Both the position numbers and the translations under genes were made by a program. A stretch of 64,000 nucleotides of DNA from an uncultured Phycisphaerales bacterium (GTDB taxonomy: Bacteria > Planctomycetota > Phycisphaerae > Tepidisphaerales > Tepidisphaeraceae), in the NCBI GenBank assembly GCA_963844715.1, contig CAWJPJ010000006.1:736001-800000 (forward strand), written 5' to 3'. The notes under the pieces are model-generated. The model had not been told where the DNA came from, did not search any database, and worked only from the letters and a program-made list of their open reading frames with translations. Shown here in pieces: positions 21,943 through 32,045 of the stretch; positions within the stretch are counted from its first letter, which is position 1, and every line of letters starts with the position of its first letter.

Positions 21943-22053
21943 GGGGAGTTGCCAGTCGCCAGTTGCGAAACGGATGCTTTATCCCTGTGCATCGGCATCC
22001 AATCTGTGGCTAACTCGGTTTTTCCTGTCTCGCAATCTGTGGTTCCGGGCGAG

Positions 22054-22791
22054 CTACTTTGGTTTCCCCTCAAGAGACTCCCCGATCCAGGCAATCATGG
22101 CTGGTCTGGCGTGGGCCAACTGACGCTTGAGTTCCGCGAAGATGCTGCGGGAAGTGATGGCTATGGAAAGCGTTTCATCGGCGATTTTGTAGGTCACGAT
22201 CACGGTTCGGTTGTTGCGATGCGGGTAAAGTTCCACGACGTCTTTGCGGAGGATCATGTAGCGAAAACTGACGCCTTCGATTTCGACGCGATCGGGATAG
22301 ACTAGAACCAGCCCGATGTCTTCGGCCAGAAATTTGAATCTGCCGTAGGTGGCGGCGTTTTCGATCGAGACGTGGGCTTGGCGAAAATTCAACTCGGACC
22401 AGAATTGCCTGTCGTTCTCGCGGATAAATCGGGTGATCAGATATTTTTCGGCGATGGAAGGGACGAGAAACAATAGAAAGCCGCCGAGCCAACAGGTTGT
22501 TATCACCACGGCGCCGAGCGCGTCGCTGGGAAAGAAATGGTGATGGGCGGATTTTACGAGCCAATAGCCGATGGCCCAGGCACAGGGGGCGGCGAGTGTG
22601 CTGAGGACAGCTATCAACTTGATCTTGCGCCTGATTTCTTGGGAAGATCCCTTGCTGGGGAGGCAGTAGGAGATTCCAGCTTTCGCGGGGGAGGATTGAA
22701 CGGACTGGGGGCGCGATTGAAGGGCGGCCTGGCTGGCTTTGACGGCTCTGGCGCGAAAGTCCTGGTCCGTCTCGCGCGCGAGTTCTGTCAT
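22054..22791 (-). CDS. Hypothetical membrane protein (2 TM)
   Basis: ORF with two hydrophobic helices. The upstream ORF extension is only translated heptamer repeat. Confidence 0.6.
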   Translation of the reverse strand: MTELARETDQDFRARAVKASQAALQSRPQSVQSSPAKAGISYCLPSKGSSQEIRRKIKLIAVLSTLAAPCAWAIGYWLVKSAHHHFFPSDALGAVVITTCWLGGFLLFLVPSIAEKYLITRFIRENDRQFWSELNFRQAHVSIENAATYGRFKFLAEDIGLVLVYPDRVEIEGVSFRYMILRKDVVELYPHRNNRTVIVTYKIADETLSIAITSRSIFAELKRQLAHARPAMIAWIGESLEGKPK

Positions 22792-22962
22792 GAGCGGGAT
22801 GTTACCTTGGACGGGGGCGGGTGGCGAGAAAGAGGGGGATGGTTGCTGGTTGTTAGTTGCTGGTTGCTGGTTGTCGGCACGAGCCGCAGCTGAATGCACT
22901 CCCTTCCGGTCGGGCGGAAGCTAGGGAGGGGCACTGGTGGCGTCGTATCAACAAGAAGAGAT

Positions 22963-22984
22963 CCGGTGCAACAAGTTGCACCGG
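22963..22984. repeat. REP-like palindrome, copy 2
   Basis: AAGAGATCCGGTGCAACAAGTTGCACCGGCTTCGCGGG, identical to copy 1 including its flanks. Confidence 0.85.
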
Positions 22985-23110
22985 CTTCGCGGGGATGTTC
23001 GCGGAAGAATTGTTCCTCAGCTTGATCCTCTCCGATACTGCGGAAGCCATCTGAGGAGATGGGGAGGAAATGGGCGTGTCGCGCGCAGTCGCAGGACTCC
23101 GCGCGAAATG

Positions 23111-23152
23111 CCCCTCACCTTGATCCTCTCCCCATGGGTACATGGGGAGAGG
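23111..23152. repeat. REP-like hairpin CCCCTCACC..CCTCTCCCCATG-N4-CATGGGGAGAGG (second copy 32817-32860)
   Basis: 12-bp perfect stem; a near-identical copy lies downstream of the PepSY-like gene. Confidence 0.8.
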
Positions 23153-23197
23153 AAAGTTGTGAGGGGTTCGACGTGGCGCGGTGCGGGCGGCGCAGGC

Positions 23198-24717
23198 TTA
23201 TGTCGCGCGGCGTTTGCGCGGGCGCTGGCGCCCAGGATTGTCGCGGCGCCGAGCATCAGGCCTAGGGACATCGGCTCGGGGACGACCGCCAGGGGCGGGG
23301 TATAGATGGGCGCGTTGTTGGGGGGCGTTACGAAATTGGTGTCGTCGGCCTCGTCGTTTTCGGTGTTGCCGCCGCTTTTGACGCCGGTTTCGTTGTTTTC
23401 CAGTTCGGCTCCGGCGACATCGACATTGTCCATATAGATGTCGTTGGCGTAGTACATTTTCCAGGGGCTTTCGGTTGAGCCGAAAGTGATATTTTCAAAA
23501 TTCAGGCCGGAGATATCGGGGGTGGCGGTGTTCAGGCCATAGATCTGGGCGGCGGAGCCCAGGGAATTGGTGCAGTTGATGTTTTCCATGGTGATATTTT
23601 TCCAGATCGGTTCGGTGGGCGTCGGGGTGTAGGCGGGGGCGGGGATACTGGGATAGTTATCGCTGCCATTGTTGTAATAGCTGTTGATGACCAGGACGTC
23701 GTCGACGTTGGTCATGGTGAAATTGTTGAAAGTGACGTTCTGGACGAGGCCGCCGTTTTCGTTGTTGGTGGTGTTTCCGTCGCCGGCTTTGAGGTGGATA
23801 CCGTTGGAGATTCTGCCGCTGCTGCCGGTGTTGGCGCCGGTTTCGGTGACGTTGTTGACGTACATGCCGTTGAGGCCGGCGTTGGTTTGGCCGCCGATGG
23901 AGATTCCGTGGCCGGCGGTGATGGTGATGTTTTCGATGTTGACGTTGGCGGTATAGGCGGTCATGCCGTTGACGACGGTGGTGTCGGGTTTGGCGCAGAT
24001 GTCATCGTCGCCGTCGGAGATGTTGCAGTTTTCGATGAGGAAATTGGTGCCGGAGAAGTCTATTCCGTCGGTGTTGGCCTGCGTTTTGAGGGGGTCCTGA
24101 ATGGTGACGTCGTTGATGGTGACGTTGTTGTCACACTCGGCGACGAGGTGTTCGTTGGGGGCGTTTTCGATGGTGATATCGTTGACCTCGATGTTGGTGA
24201 GGCCTTCGAGCTGGACCATTTTGTTGTTGGAGGTGCTGGTGGCGTTGCTGTTGAGGATTCCGCCGCCGCTGATTTCGACGTTACCCGTCGCTCCGACGGC
24301 GGAGGAGACGAAGGTGGCGGTGGTTGAGAAATTCTGCAGGGTGGCGCCGGTTTGGATGTCGAGGTTGACGTTGTTGCCGAGGAGAATTTCATCCGCGTCG
24401 TAGGTTCCCGTGGGAATGACGACGGTGCCGCCGCCGTGGGACGCGGCATAGGAGATGTAATCGTTGATGACGGTGGTGTTGTTGGTGGCGATGGTGCTGG
24501 TGGTGCCGACGACGAGGACGTTGGAGGTTCCGATGGAGGGATCGGAAACGTTGGCGTCGTAGACGGAGGAGCCGATGGTTGGGAGCGTGGGGACGGCGTA
24601 GGTTTGCGCGAAGGCGGCGCACGCCGTTCCGGCCGCGAGGATCGCGGGGAGGAGAAATTTCAGGTTTCGACTTCGTTTGGCGATGAGTTTTCGTTCGTGT
24701 CTGGATTGGATCAACAT
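23198..24717 (-). CDS. GH28 (polygalacturonase-like) PEP-CTERM protein, paralogue 1 (frameshift in the basic tail ~23230)
   Basis: NTDG, GDDD, GHG and HLK motifs; VPEPMSLGLMLGAATILG; the alternative frame gives RQRPRKRRAT*. Confidence 0.85.
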
Positions 24718-24766
24718 ATTTCCACTCTCCTGAAGAGAATTTCCGAACCCCTTTTAACCGGCCCGG

Positions 24767-26020
24767 TCAGGCCGGGACCCTACGAGTTCGCCGCGTGAGA
24801 AAACCGATGCCGGCCAATCCGAGGAGGGAGAGGGACATCGGTTCCGGGACTGCAATGACCTGCGTTTCGATTTCGACTTGCGAGATTTCGATGCCGGAGC
24901 CGCCGGTAGCGTCGTCGGTGGATCGATAGCCGACGGCGAGGCTGTCGAAAGAGCTGGTGAGGAAGTTGCTGTTGGTGCTGGTGGAGACGGTGTTGGTGGT
25001 GTCGAGGAGATCGGCGTTGTTGCCGACGTTGGCGGACGTGCCGCTATAAAGTTGGCCGGTCATGGACTCGACGTTGGTGCCGGTGAGTTCGATGGTGAAG
25101 TCTTCCGTGTAGACGCTGCCGCCGGTGAGGTACATGTCGCCGCTGGCATTTTTGCTGCCGACGGTGGTGCCGCCGGTGTAGCTGGAGCTGCTGCTGCTGG
25201 CGTCGCTGACGAGGTCCTGGTCTCGGTTGTCGCCCAGGCTTTGGGCGGGGCGGGTGTCGATGCGGGAGCCGTTGGAGTTACCGGAGGCGAAGAGTTCGGA
25301 GACGTAGCCGATGTCGCTGGCGACGCCGCCGGTGGCGTCGTTGGTGTCGGTGTTCAGAAGCGCGTCTTCAAGATTGTTATCCGGGGCGGAGGTGCCGGCG
25401 TAGCCGGGGCTGGCCTGGGAATTATAGAGGCCGAAATAAATGGCGGCGGAGGTGGACCCGCCACTGGTGACGACGCCATTGGTGCCGTTGGTATCGGTGA
25501 AGGTGAGGATGAGGCTGATTTCTCCGCCGTTGCCCAGAGAAGCGATGGAAACGGGGGAATGGGTGAAGATGGACTCGATTTCGGCGATCTGGTTGCTCGA
25601 TTTGGCGGTGGAGAGGGTGAGTTTGCCGCTGGCGCCGGTGGTGAGAGCGCTGCCGGTGGCGAGCTGGTTGGAGGCGATGTCGTAACCGGCGGAGCTGCCG
25701 GAGGCGAGGGAGCTGTCGGTTGGCGCGGGGTAAGTCGCCGGCTGAAGGACGCTGGCGGTGGGACTGCCGTCGAACATGTCGTTGAAGACGATGGTCGAGG
25801 CGGCCAACGCATGGTTGCATATCGATGCGACCAATGTAATAGTTGCAAACACAACCGATTTTGAAACGAAAGAAACGCGGCGCGCGACGTTGCGAGCAGC
25901 GCTGAGGCGATGGGTGATGGTCAGGTTGTTCAATGGGACGCGTTTGCGCGGGACGGCGCGTGGTGTCTCGCACCGGGTTGTAATTTCAGGCCTGAGGCGC
26001 AGACTCTCGGCGCGGAACAT
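24767..26020 (-). CDS. PEP-CTERM protein of unknown function
   Basis: GGAGGAG RBS before ATG 26020; long signal region; C-terminus VPEPMSLSLLGLAGIGFLTRRTRR. Confidence 0.85.
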   Translation of the reverse strand: MFRAESLRLRPEITTRCETPRAVPRKRVPLNNLTITHRLSAARNVARRVSFVSKSVVFATITLVASICNHALAASTIVFNDMFDGSPTASVLQPATYPAPTDSSLASGSSAGYDIASNQLATGSALTTGASGKLTLSTAKSSNQIAEIESIFTHSPVSIASLGNGGEISLILTFTDTNGTNGVVTSGGSTSAAIYFGLYNSQASPGYAGTSAPDNNLEDALLNTDTNDATGGVASDIGYVSELFASGNSNGSRIDTRPAQSLGDNRDQDLVSDASSSSSSYTGGTTVGSKNASGDMYLTGGSVYTEDFTIELTGTNVESMTGQLYSGTSANVGNNADLLDTTNTVSTSTNSNFLTSSFDSLAVGYRSTDDATGGSGIEISQVEIETQVIAVPEPMSLSLLGLAGIGFLTRRTRRVPA

Positions 26021-26146
26021 GAGCTCCTCCAATCGGTCAGTGGCGCAAGAAGAGCGCGCGATCCGTGAAGAACGATTTCACCGCGCCGTCATGGCGCGGA
26101 TCCTATGATGAAATTTGGGCCGTTGGTGCGCGAGGAGTTGCTGAAG

Positions 26147-26336
26147 CAGGCGGGTCACACCGCTACGGGCGACACATCTACTTTGCAGCACACACGCTCA
26201 AACTGACATGGGTAAAAGAGGGATGAACGAGGTTAGATATACGAATTACTCTCCGCGTGTCAGGCCGGATCCATTGCCGTGGCCGGCCTCCCTTTTTTCC
26301 CACCCTACGTCGCGAATCGCGCACGAGCGATCCGAT
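26147..26336 (-). ncRNA. Candidate structured 5' leader RNA, copy 1
   Basis: 5' block ATCGGATCGC-loop-GCGATTCGCGAC..AGGGTG (26336-26301) and hairpin GTCGCCCG-TAG-CGGTGTGAC (~26173-26154), both matched at 30186-30401. Confidence 0.55.
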
Positions 26337-26342
26337 GAAACA

Positions 26343-26371
26343 AAATTACACCGCGGATCGCAGTGCTGCAA
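26343..26371 (-). promoter_or_regulatory. sigma70-type promoter TTGCAG-N17-TAATTT
   Basis: 17-bp spacer; 6 nt upstream of the conserved ATCGGATCG block, the same spacing as in the second copy. Confidence 0.6.
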
Positions 26372-26662
26372 GATAAAAAGAGACGGCAACATCGCGATAG
26401 CCACAGTTCACAAAGTGGAAATTCTACGCGAGGGAGTATTAATGCCTACGACGTAAAGATTTGGAATGTGCGGAATGTTTGATTTTGTTTGCGGATATTT
26501 TTTTTAAAAAAAATGGAAACGCGAAATGCTTTTTGCAGTTTGCATCTAAGGACGGCGCCGACCTGCGAGTTCCGAGAAGTAGAGAAACGCCGCGAAAAAC
26601 AGGCGGTTTCCCGCCAATAAGATTGTCGCAGTCGAGCCGATAGGATGGGTGCCTATATTCCA

Positions 26663-28189
26663 CTAAGCATTAGCAGACGGCTTGGGGCCGCGTCGCGGGC
26701 GTCTTGAGCCGAGGATTGTCGCGGTGCCGAGCATGAGGCCGGCGGACATTGGCTCGGGCACCGGGGCCAGGGGCGGAGTGTAGATGGGGCTGGCGTTGCC
26801 CGCGGAGACGAAGGTGTCAAATTGTTCGTCGTCGAGGGTGATGCCGCCGTTTTTGTAAGTTCCTTCGACGTCGGGCAAGCTTGCTCCGCGGCAGGAGACA
26901 TTGCTGAAGTAAACGCCGGTTGCGTAGTACATTTTAAAGGCGCTGCCGGAGTTGATGATGTTGACGTTGAGGACATTGACGCCGTTCATATTAAGGGGGT
27001 TGCTGTTGAGTCCGTAGATCCCGGCGGCGTCGCTGACGGCGTTGTTGACGAGGATATTTTCCATCGTGATGTTTTCCCAGATGGGCTCGGTGGAATCGGT
27101 GGGACTGGACGGTGAGGGGACGTTGGGGAAATTGTCGCTCCCGTCGTTGTAGTAGCTGTTGACGACGAGGGCGTCGTCGACGTTGGTCATGGTCATGTTG
27201 TTGAAGGTAACGTTCTGGACGAGGCCGCCATTTTCGTTGTTGGTGACGTTGCCGTCACCGGCCTTGAGGTGGATACCGTCCTGAATGCGTCCGTTGCTGG
27301 TGGTGTTGGCGCCGGTTTCGGTGACGTTATTGACGTACATGCCATTGAGACCGGCGTTGGTCTGCCCGCCGATGGAGATTCCGTGGCCCGCGGTGATGGT
27401 GATGTTTTCTACGTTGACGTTGGCGGTATAGGCGGTCATCCCATTGATGACGGTGGTGTCGGGCTTGGCGACGATATCGTCGTCGCCGTCAGAAAGGCTG
27501 CAATTTTGGATCAGGTAGTTGGTTCCGGAGAAGTCGATGCCATCCGTGTTGGCCTGGGTTTTGAGGGGGTCCTGGATGGTGATCCCGTTGATGGTAACGT
27601 TGTTGTCGCATTCGGCGACGAGATGCTCGTTGGAGGCGTTTTCGATGGTGAGATTCTGGACTTCGACGTTGGTCAGTCCGGCAAGGAAGACCATTTTGTT
27701 GTTGGAGGTGCTGCTGGCGTTGTCGTTGAGAACCCCCCCGCCGCCGACTTCGATGTTGCCGCTGGATCCGGCGGCTTGGGTAACGAACGTGTTGAGCGGC
27801 GTGAAATTCACCAGGGTCGCGCCGGTCTGAACGTCCAGGTTGACGTTATTTTTCATCAAAATTTCGTTGGAGTCGTAGGTACCGGTTGGGACGACGACCG
27901 TCCCGCCGCCGTTGGCCGAGGCGTAGGAGATGTAGTCGTTAAGGACGGTGGTGTTGTTGGTGGCGATGCCGGTTGTAGTGCCGGCGAGAAGGACGTTGGA
28001 GGTTCCGATGGCGGGATCGGAGACGCTGGCGTTGTAGACGGCGGAGCCTATGGTCGGGAGTGTGGGGACGGCGTATTGGGCGATCGCCGAGCGCGTGGCG
28101 GCCGCGACGACGATCGCCGGGACGAGGCGCTGAATGTTGCGGCGGGCGTTTTTGGACAAACCGAAATTACGCGTGGGTTGAATGGACAA
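26663..28189 (-). CDS. GH28 PEP-CTERM protein, paralogue 2 (TTG start)
   Basis: NTDG, GDDD, GHG, HLK; VPEPMSAGLMLGTATILGSRRPRR. The start was placed by alignment with paralogue 3 (SIQP.RNFGLSKNARR). Confidence 0.88.
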   Translation of the reverse strand: MSIQPTRNFGLSKNARRNIQRLVPAIVVAAATRSAIAQYAVPTLPTIGSAVYNASVSDPAIGTSNVLLAGTTTGIATNNTTVLNDYISYASANGGGTVVVPTGTYDSNEILMKNNVNLDVQTGATLVNFTPLNTFVTQAAGSSGNIEVGGGGVLNDNASSTSNNKMVFLAGLTNVEVQNLTIENASNEHLVAECDNNVTINGITIQDPLKTQANTDGIDFSGTNYLIQNCSLSDGDDDIVAKPDTTVINGMTAYTANVNVENITITAGHGISIGGQTNAGLNGMYVNNVTETGANTTSNGRIQDGIHLKAGDGNVTNNENGGLVQNVTFNNMTMTNVDDALVVNSYYNDGSDNFPNVPSPSSPTDSTEPIWENITMENILVNNAVSDAAGIYGLNSNPLNMNGVNVLNVNIINSGSAFKMYYATGVYFSNVSCRGASLPDVEGTYKNGGITLDDEQFDTFVSAGNASPIYTPPLAPVPEPMSAGLMLGTATILGSRRPRRGPKPSANA

Positions 28190-28277
28190 GGGTTCCCCTT
28201 TTCGTATGGAGTATTTAACCGTCGGGAACGAGAACAAGGCTACTATTTCGAATGCGATGCATCGGATTATCCGTAAA

Positions 28278-29813
28278 TTAAGAGGTGCGTCGCGGGCGTC
28301 TTGAGCCGAGGATTGTCGCGGCGCCGAGCATGAGGCCGGCGGACATCGGCTCGGGCACCGGGGCCAAAGGCGGGGTGTAAATGGGGCCGGCTACCGCGGG
28401 ACTGGCGAAGGTGTCAAATTCTTCGTCGTTCACGGTCACGCCGCCGCTGTTTTTTACGTCCATTTCGGAATCGGGGATGAGGGCGCCGCGGACGTTAACG
28501 TTATTGAAATAGAGGCCGGTGGAGTAGTACATTTTCCATGCGCTGCCGGAATTCTGGACGTTGATGTTGAGGAAGTTGAGGCCGATGGTGTTGGCGGGGC
28601 TGGAGTTGAGGCCGTAGATTTCAGCGGCGGAGCCCACTGCGCTGACGACATTGATGTTTTCCATGGTGATGTTTTCCCACAGGGGCTCGGTGGAATCCGT
28701 GGGCGCGGAGGGGGCGGGGATGGTGGGGAAATTGTCATCGCCGTCGTTGTAGTAGCTGTTGATGACCAGGGCGTCGTCAACGTTTGTCATGGTCATGTTG
28801 TTGAAGGTGACGTTTTCGACGAGGCCGCCGTTTTCGGTGTTGGAGGTTGTGCCGTCGCCCGACTTGAGGTGAATTCCCTGCTCGATACGCGTGGTGCTGG
28901 AGGTTCCGGCGCCGGTTTCGGTGACGTTGTTCACGTACATCCCGTTGAGACCGGCGTTGGTCTGGCCGCCGATAGAGATGCCGTGGCCGGCGGTGATGGT
29001 GATGTTTTCGACGTTGACGTTTGCCGTGTAGGCGGTGATGCCGTTGACGACCGTGGTGTCGGGCTTGGCGACGAGGTTGTCATCGCCGTCGGCGATGCTG
29101 GCGTTTTCGATGAGGTAATTGGTGCCGGAGAAGTCGATGCCATCCGTGTTGGCGAGATACTTGCCGCTGTTGGCGGTGAGTGTATTGGGGTCGGCGATGG
29201 TGATGTTGTTGATCGTGACGTTGTTATCGCACTCGGTGACGAGATGCTCGTTGGAGGCGTCCTCGATGGAGAGGTTCTGGACTTCGATGTTGGTCAGGCC
29301 GGAGAGGAAGACCATTTTGTTGTTGGAGGTTTTGGTGGTGGCGTTGTCGTCGAGGACACCGCCGCCGCTGAGTTCGATGTTGCCGGTGGCGCCGCCGGCC
29401 TCGGTGACGAAGGTATTGAGCGGGGTGAAATTCACCAGGGTCGCGCCAGTCTGGACGTCGAGATTGACGTTGTTTTTCATGAGGATTTCGTTCGCGTCGA
29501 AGCTGCCGGTGGGGATGACGACGGTTCCGCCGCCGTTGGCGGAGGCGTAGGAAATATAGTCGTTGAGGACGGTGGTGTTGTTGGTGGCGATGGCGGTTGT
29601 GGTGCCGGCGAGGAGGACGTTGGAGGTTCCGATGGCGGAGTCGGAAACGCCGGCGTTGTAGACGGCGGAGCCGATGGTCGGGAGAGCGGGAACGGCATAT
29701 TGCGCAAGGACGGAGTGCGCGGCGGCGGCGATGACGATCGCCGGGACCAGCCGCTGGATGTTGCGGCGGGCGTTCTTGGACAATCCGAAATTACGAGCGG
29801 GTTGAATGGACAT
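28278..29813 (-). CDS. GH28 PEP-CTERM protein, paralogue 3
   Basis: NTDG, GDDN, GHG, HLK; VPEPMSAGLMLGAATILGSRRPRR. Confidence 0.88.
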   Translation of the reverse strand: MSIQPARNFGLSKNARRNIQRLVPAIVIAAAAHSVLAQYAVPALPTIGSAVYNAGVSDSAIGTSNVLLAGTTTAIATNNTTVLNDYISYASANGGGTVVIPTGSFDANEILMKNNVNLDVQTGATLVNFTPLNTFVTEAGGATGNIELSGGGVLDDNATTKTSNNKMVFLSGLTNIEVQNLSIEDASNEHLVTECDNNVTINNITIADPNTLTANSGKYLANTDGIDFSGTNYLIENASIADGDDNLVAKPDTTVVNGITAYTANVNVENITITAGHGISIGGQTNAGLNGMYVNNVTETGAGTSSTTRIEQGIHLKSGDGTTSNTENGGLVENVTFNNMTMTNVDDALVINSYYNDGDDNFPTIPAPSAPTDSTEPLWENITMENINVVSAVGSAAEIYGLNSSPANTIGLNFLNINVQNSGSAWKMYYSTGLYFNNVNVRGALIPDSEMDVKNSGGVTVNDEEFDTFASPAVAGPIYTPPLAPVPEPMSAGLMLGAATILGSRRPRRTS

Positions 29814-30185
29814 AAAATGCTCTCCCTTTCAAGTTGATAGACAAAACCGACCGCAACCACAGTGAATAATGTGATTGCACTAAATACGACTAATCTGGAG
29901 GCTCATGGCGCGGGGCGGCGAACGTACGCCTGCGCGGCGCGGGGAGCTATCCTTGTTTGGATCTCCGTTGCAACCAGAGGGAACGAAAATGGGCGCTCGG
30001 CGCATCGCAGCCGAGAGCGCTTTGCGCCATGCGCGAAGCATGCGCCCTCCCTCGGGAGCCGGCGGCCCTAAAAACGCCGGCGGCGGAGATCGGGTAAATG
30101 GGCAGTGCGCGTCATCATCGACGCATGCCCTGCGGATTAAATTGGGATCGAAGGCGTGCGAGAGGCAGGAAGGAAATGAGGACGA

Positions 30186-30401
30186 TTCACACCGCTACAG
30201 GTGAACAGTCACACATTTCGCGCAGCGCATTATAAATGGCTGCCAATGAGATGGATACAAACCGATGAAAAATGGAAAGGCCTAAAACAAATGCCCTTTT
30301 TATTTGAGTGCGCAAATGCTCCCAATATTGAAGCCTGCGCCAACCACCCTCCACCGTTTTCCGTCTCACCCTGGTCGCGAATCGCTTACCGACGATCCGA
30401 T
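30186..30401 (-). ncRNA. Candidate structured 5' leader RNA, copy 2
   Basis: ATCGGATCGT-loop-GCGATTCGCGACC-AGGGTG (30401-30367) and hairpin TTCACCTG-TAG-CGGTGTGAA (~30205-30186). Confidence 0.55.
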
Positions 30402-30407
30402 TTAGTC

Positions 30408-30436
30408 AGTTTAACTCATAGGGAATTCCCTGACAA
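30408..30436 (-). promoter_or_regulatory. sigma70-type promoter TTGTCA-N17-TAAACT
   Basis: Near-consensus -35 and -10 with a 17-bp spacer, 6 nt upstream of ATCGGATCG. Confidence 0.7.
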
Positions 30437-30574
30437 GAAAAAAGCGAGTGCCCCGTTCAATTTTTTTAACTTATCTTTCATTTTGTTGGCCGGAGAGGAA
30501 GTGCTAGTGCCGTTCTGCTCGGAAATTACGGCGAAATATCGTTGTCGGAACGAATGAAAAATAAATTCTTTAAT

Positions 30575-32045
30575 TCATAAACGAGAAATTGGATCTGAGG
30601 AAATCGAAGGGGACTGGGAGGGGTAGCTCTGGTTTGCGGGAGCGGCGTGGAGTTTGAGATGGACGATGAAGAGGCCGCCCTGGCTCGGTTCGACGGTCAG
30701 GTCGCCATTGAGAATGCGGACCAGTCTTTGGCAGAGGGAGAGGCCCAGGCCGCAGTGGGCGCCGTTGTTGGAACGGGCCTGGTCGCCGCGCCAGAAACGG
30801 TCGAAAACGCTGGGGACCTCGGCGGCGGCGACCTGGCTGCCGGTGTTGCTCAGCAGAATTTCGACGGAATTTTGGTCGGAATTGGTGGCGAGATTGAGGG
30901 CACCCCCGGCATCAGCGTAGGAGACGGCGTTGTCGAAGAGGTTGTCGATGACAATGCGGAGGAGGTCGGGGTCGGAGTGAATAAAAATGGAGGACAGAGC
31001 CCCCCACTGCATGGAAAGGCCCCGGGCAATAGCGCGGGGGGAATACTGGGCCCAGGATTCCTCGAGGAATTGACGGAGATCGATGGATTGGGGACGGGCG
31101 GTGAGCTGCCGACTGTCGGCGCGGGCCAGGAGTAGAAGGCGCTGAACCATTTCCTGCATGCGAACGACGATCATCGAGCATTTGTCGATGGCGGCTTCGT
31201 ACCCGGTCGAATCGCGCGGGCGAAGGCGGCAGACTTCGAGGGTGGTTCGCAAGCCGGCCAGAGGGGTGCGGAGTTCGTGGGCGACGTCGGCGGTGAAAGC
31301 GCGTTCGCGGGAGAAGGCGGATTCGAGGCGTTCGAGCAGACCATTGAGGCGGTCGACCATGGGGGCGAGTTCGGCGGGGACGCCGTCCAGATTGAAACGG
31401 TGCGAGAGTTCGGTTTCGCCGAGTGATTCGATTTCGCGGGACAGGCGGCGCATGGGGCGGAGGGCGCGATTGACGACGATCATCAGAACGGCGCCGCAAA
31501 TGAGAGCCGCGGCGGCGGAGAGCCCGGCGAGAAGGCCGCGAAGGTTTTCAAGGGTTTCGTCGACGGGGAAAGTGCCGTGCGCGACAGTGAGCATCGCGGT
31601 ATGGGGAGAAGTGCTGGTCGGGAGCTTATCTTCATCGAGGGGCATGTAGTGGATATTGATCCAGCGGCCGGGGCGGCCGTCGGGGAGGGGGGAATTGTAA
31701 TACGCCGAGGAGTCGGAGACGGCCGGGTGCGCGAGTTGGGAGGAGCCGAGCGAGACGGAGTGCCCGAGGGAGCCGGCGCCGTCGGTCCAGATCTGGAAGT
31801 ATTCGGGATTGTGGGCGGTTTGGAATTCGGGCATTTCGTCGCGGACGAATTCGAACTTGACGCGGCCGTGATGCTGCTCGGTCATGGAGGCCAGCGCACG
31901 GGCCTCAGTAAAAAGGTCCTGATCGAACTGCGATCGGATGGCATTTGCGAAGAAGTAATAGATGCCGGCGCTCGAGGAGACCGAGGAGGATGACCATGGT
32001 GACGATGGTGCCGGCGAGGAGTCTTAGTCGAAGGGAGCGGATCAT
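30575..32045 (-). CDS. HAMP sensor histidine kinase, CusS/QseC-like (frameshift ~31975)
   Basis: FTADVAHELRTPL H-box, NLFDNA and GLGLSL; ATG overlaps the regulator stop. Confidence 0.9.

Noticed and set aside
23017..23197. Extended C-terminus of GH28 paralogue 1
   Set aside because: It is read-through into a REP hairpin caused by a frameshift; the alternative frame gives the normal basic PEP-CTERM tail.
26498..26515. T8-A8 palindrome as a terminator
   Set aside because: It has no GC stem; it is more likely an AT-rich upstream promoter or bending element and is not supportable as a feature.
29940..30100. c-di-GMP-I riboswitch in the long leader (GCGCAAAG on the minus strand)
   Set aside because: It lacks the GGCAAAC...GAAA tetraloop/receptor arrangement; only generic hairpins are seen.
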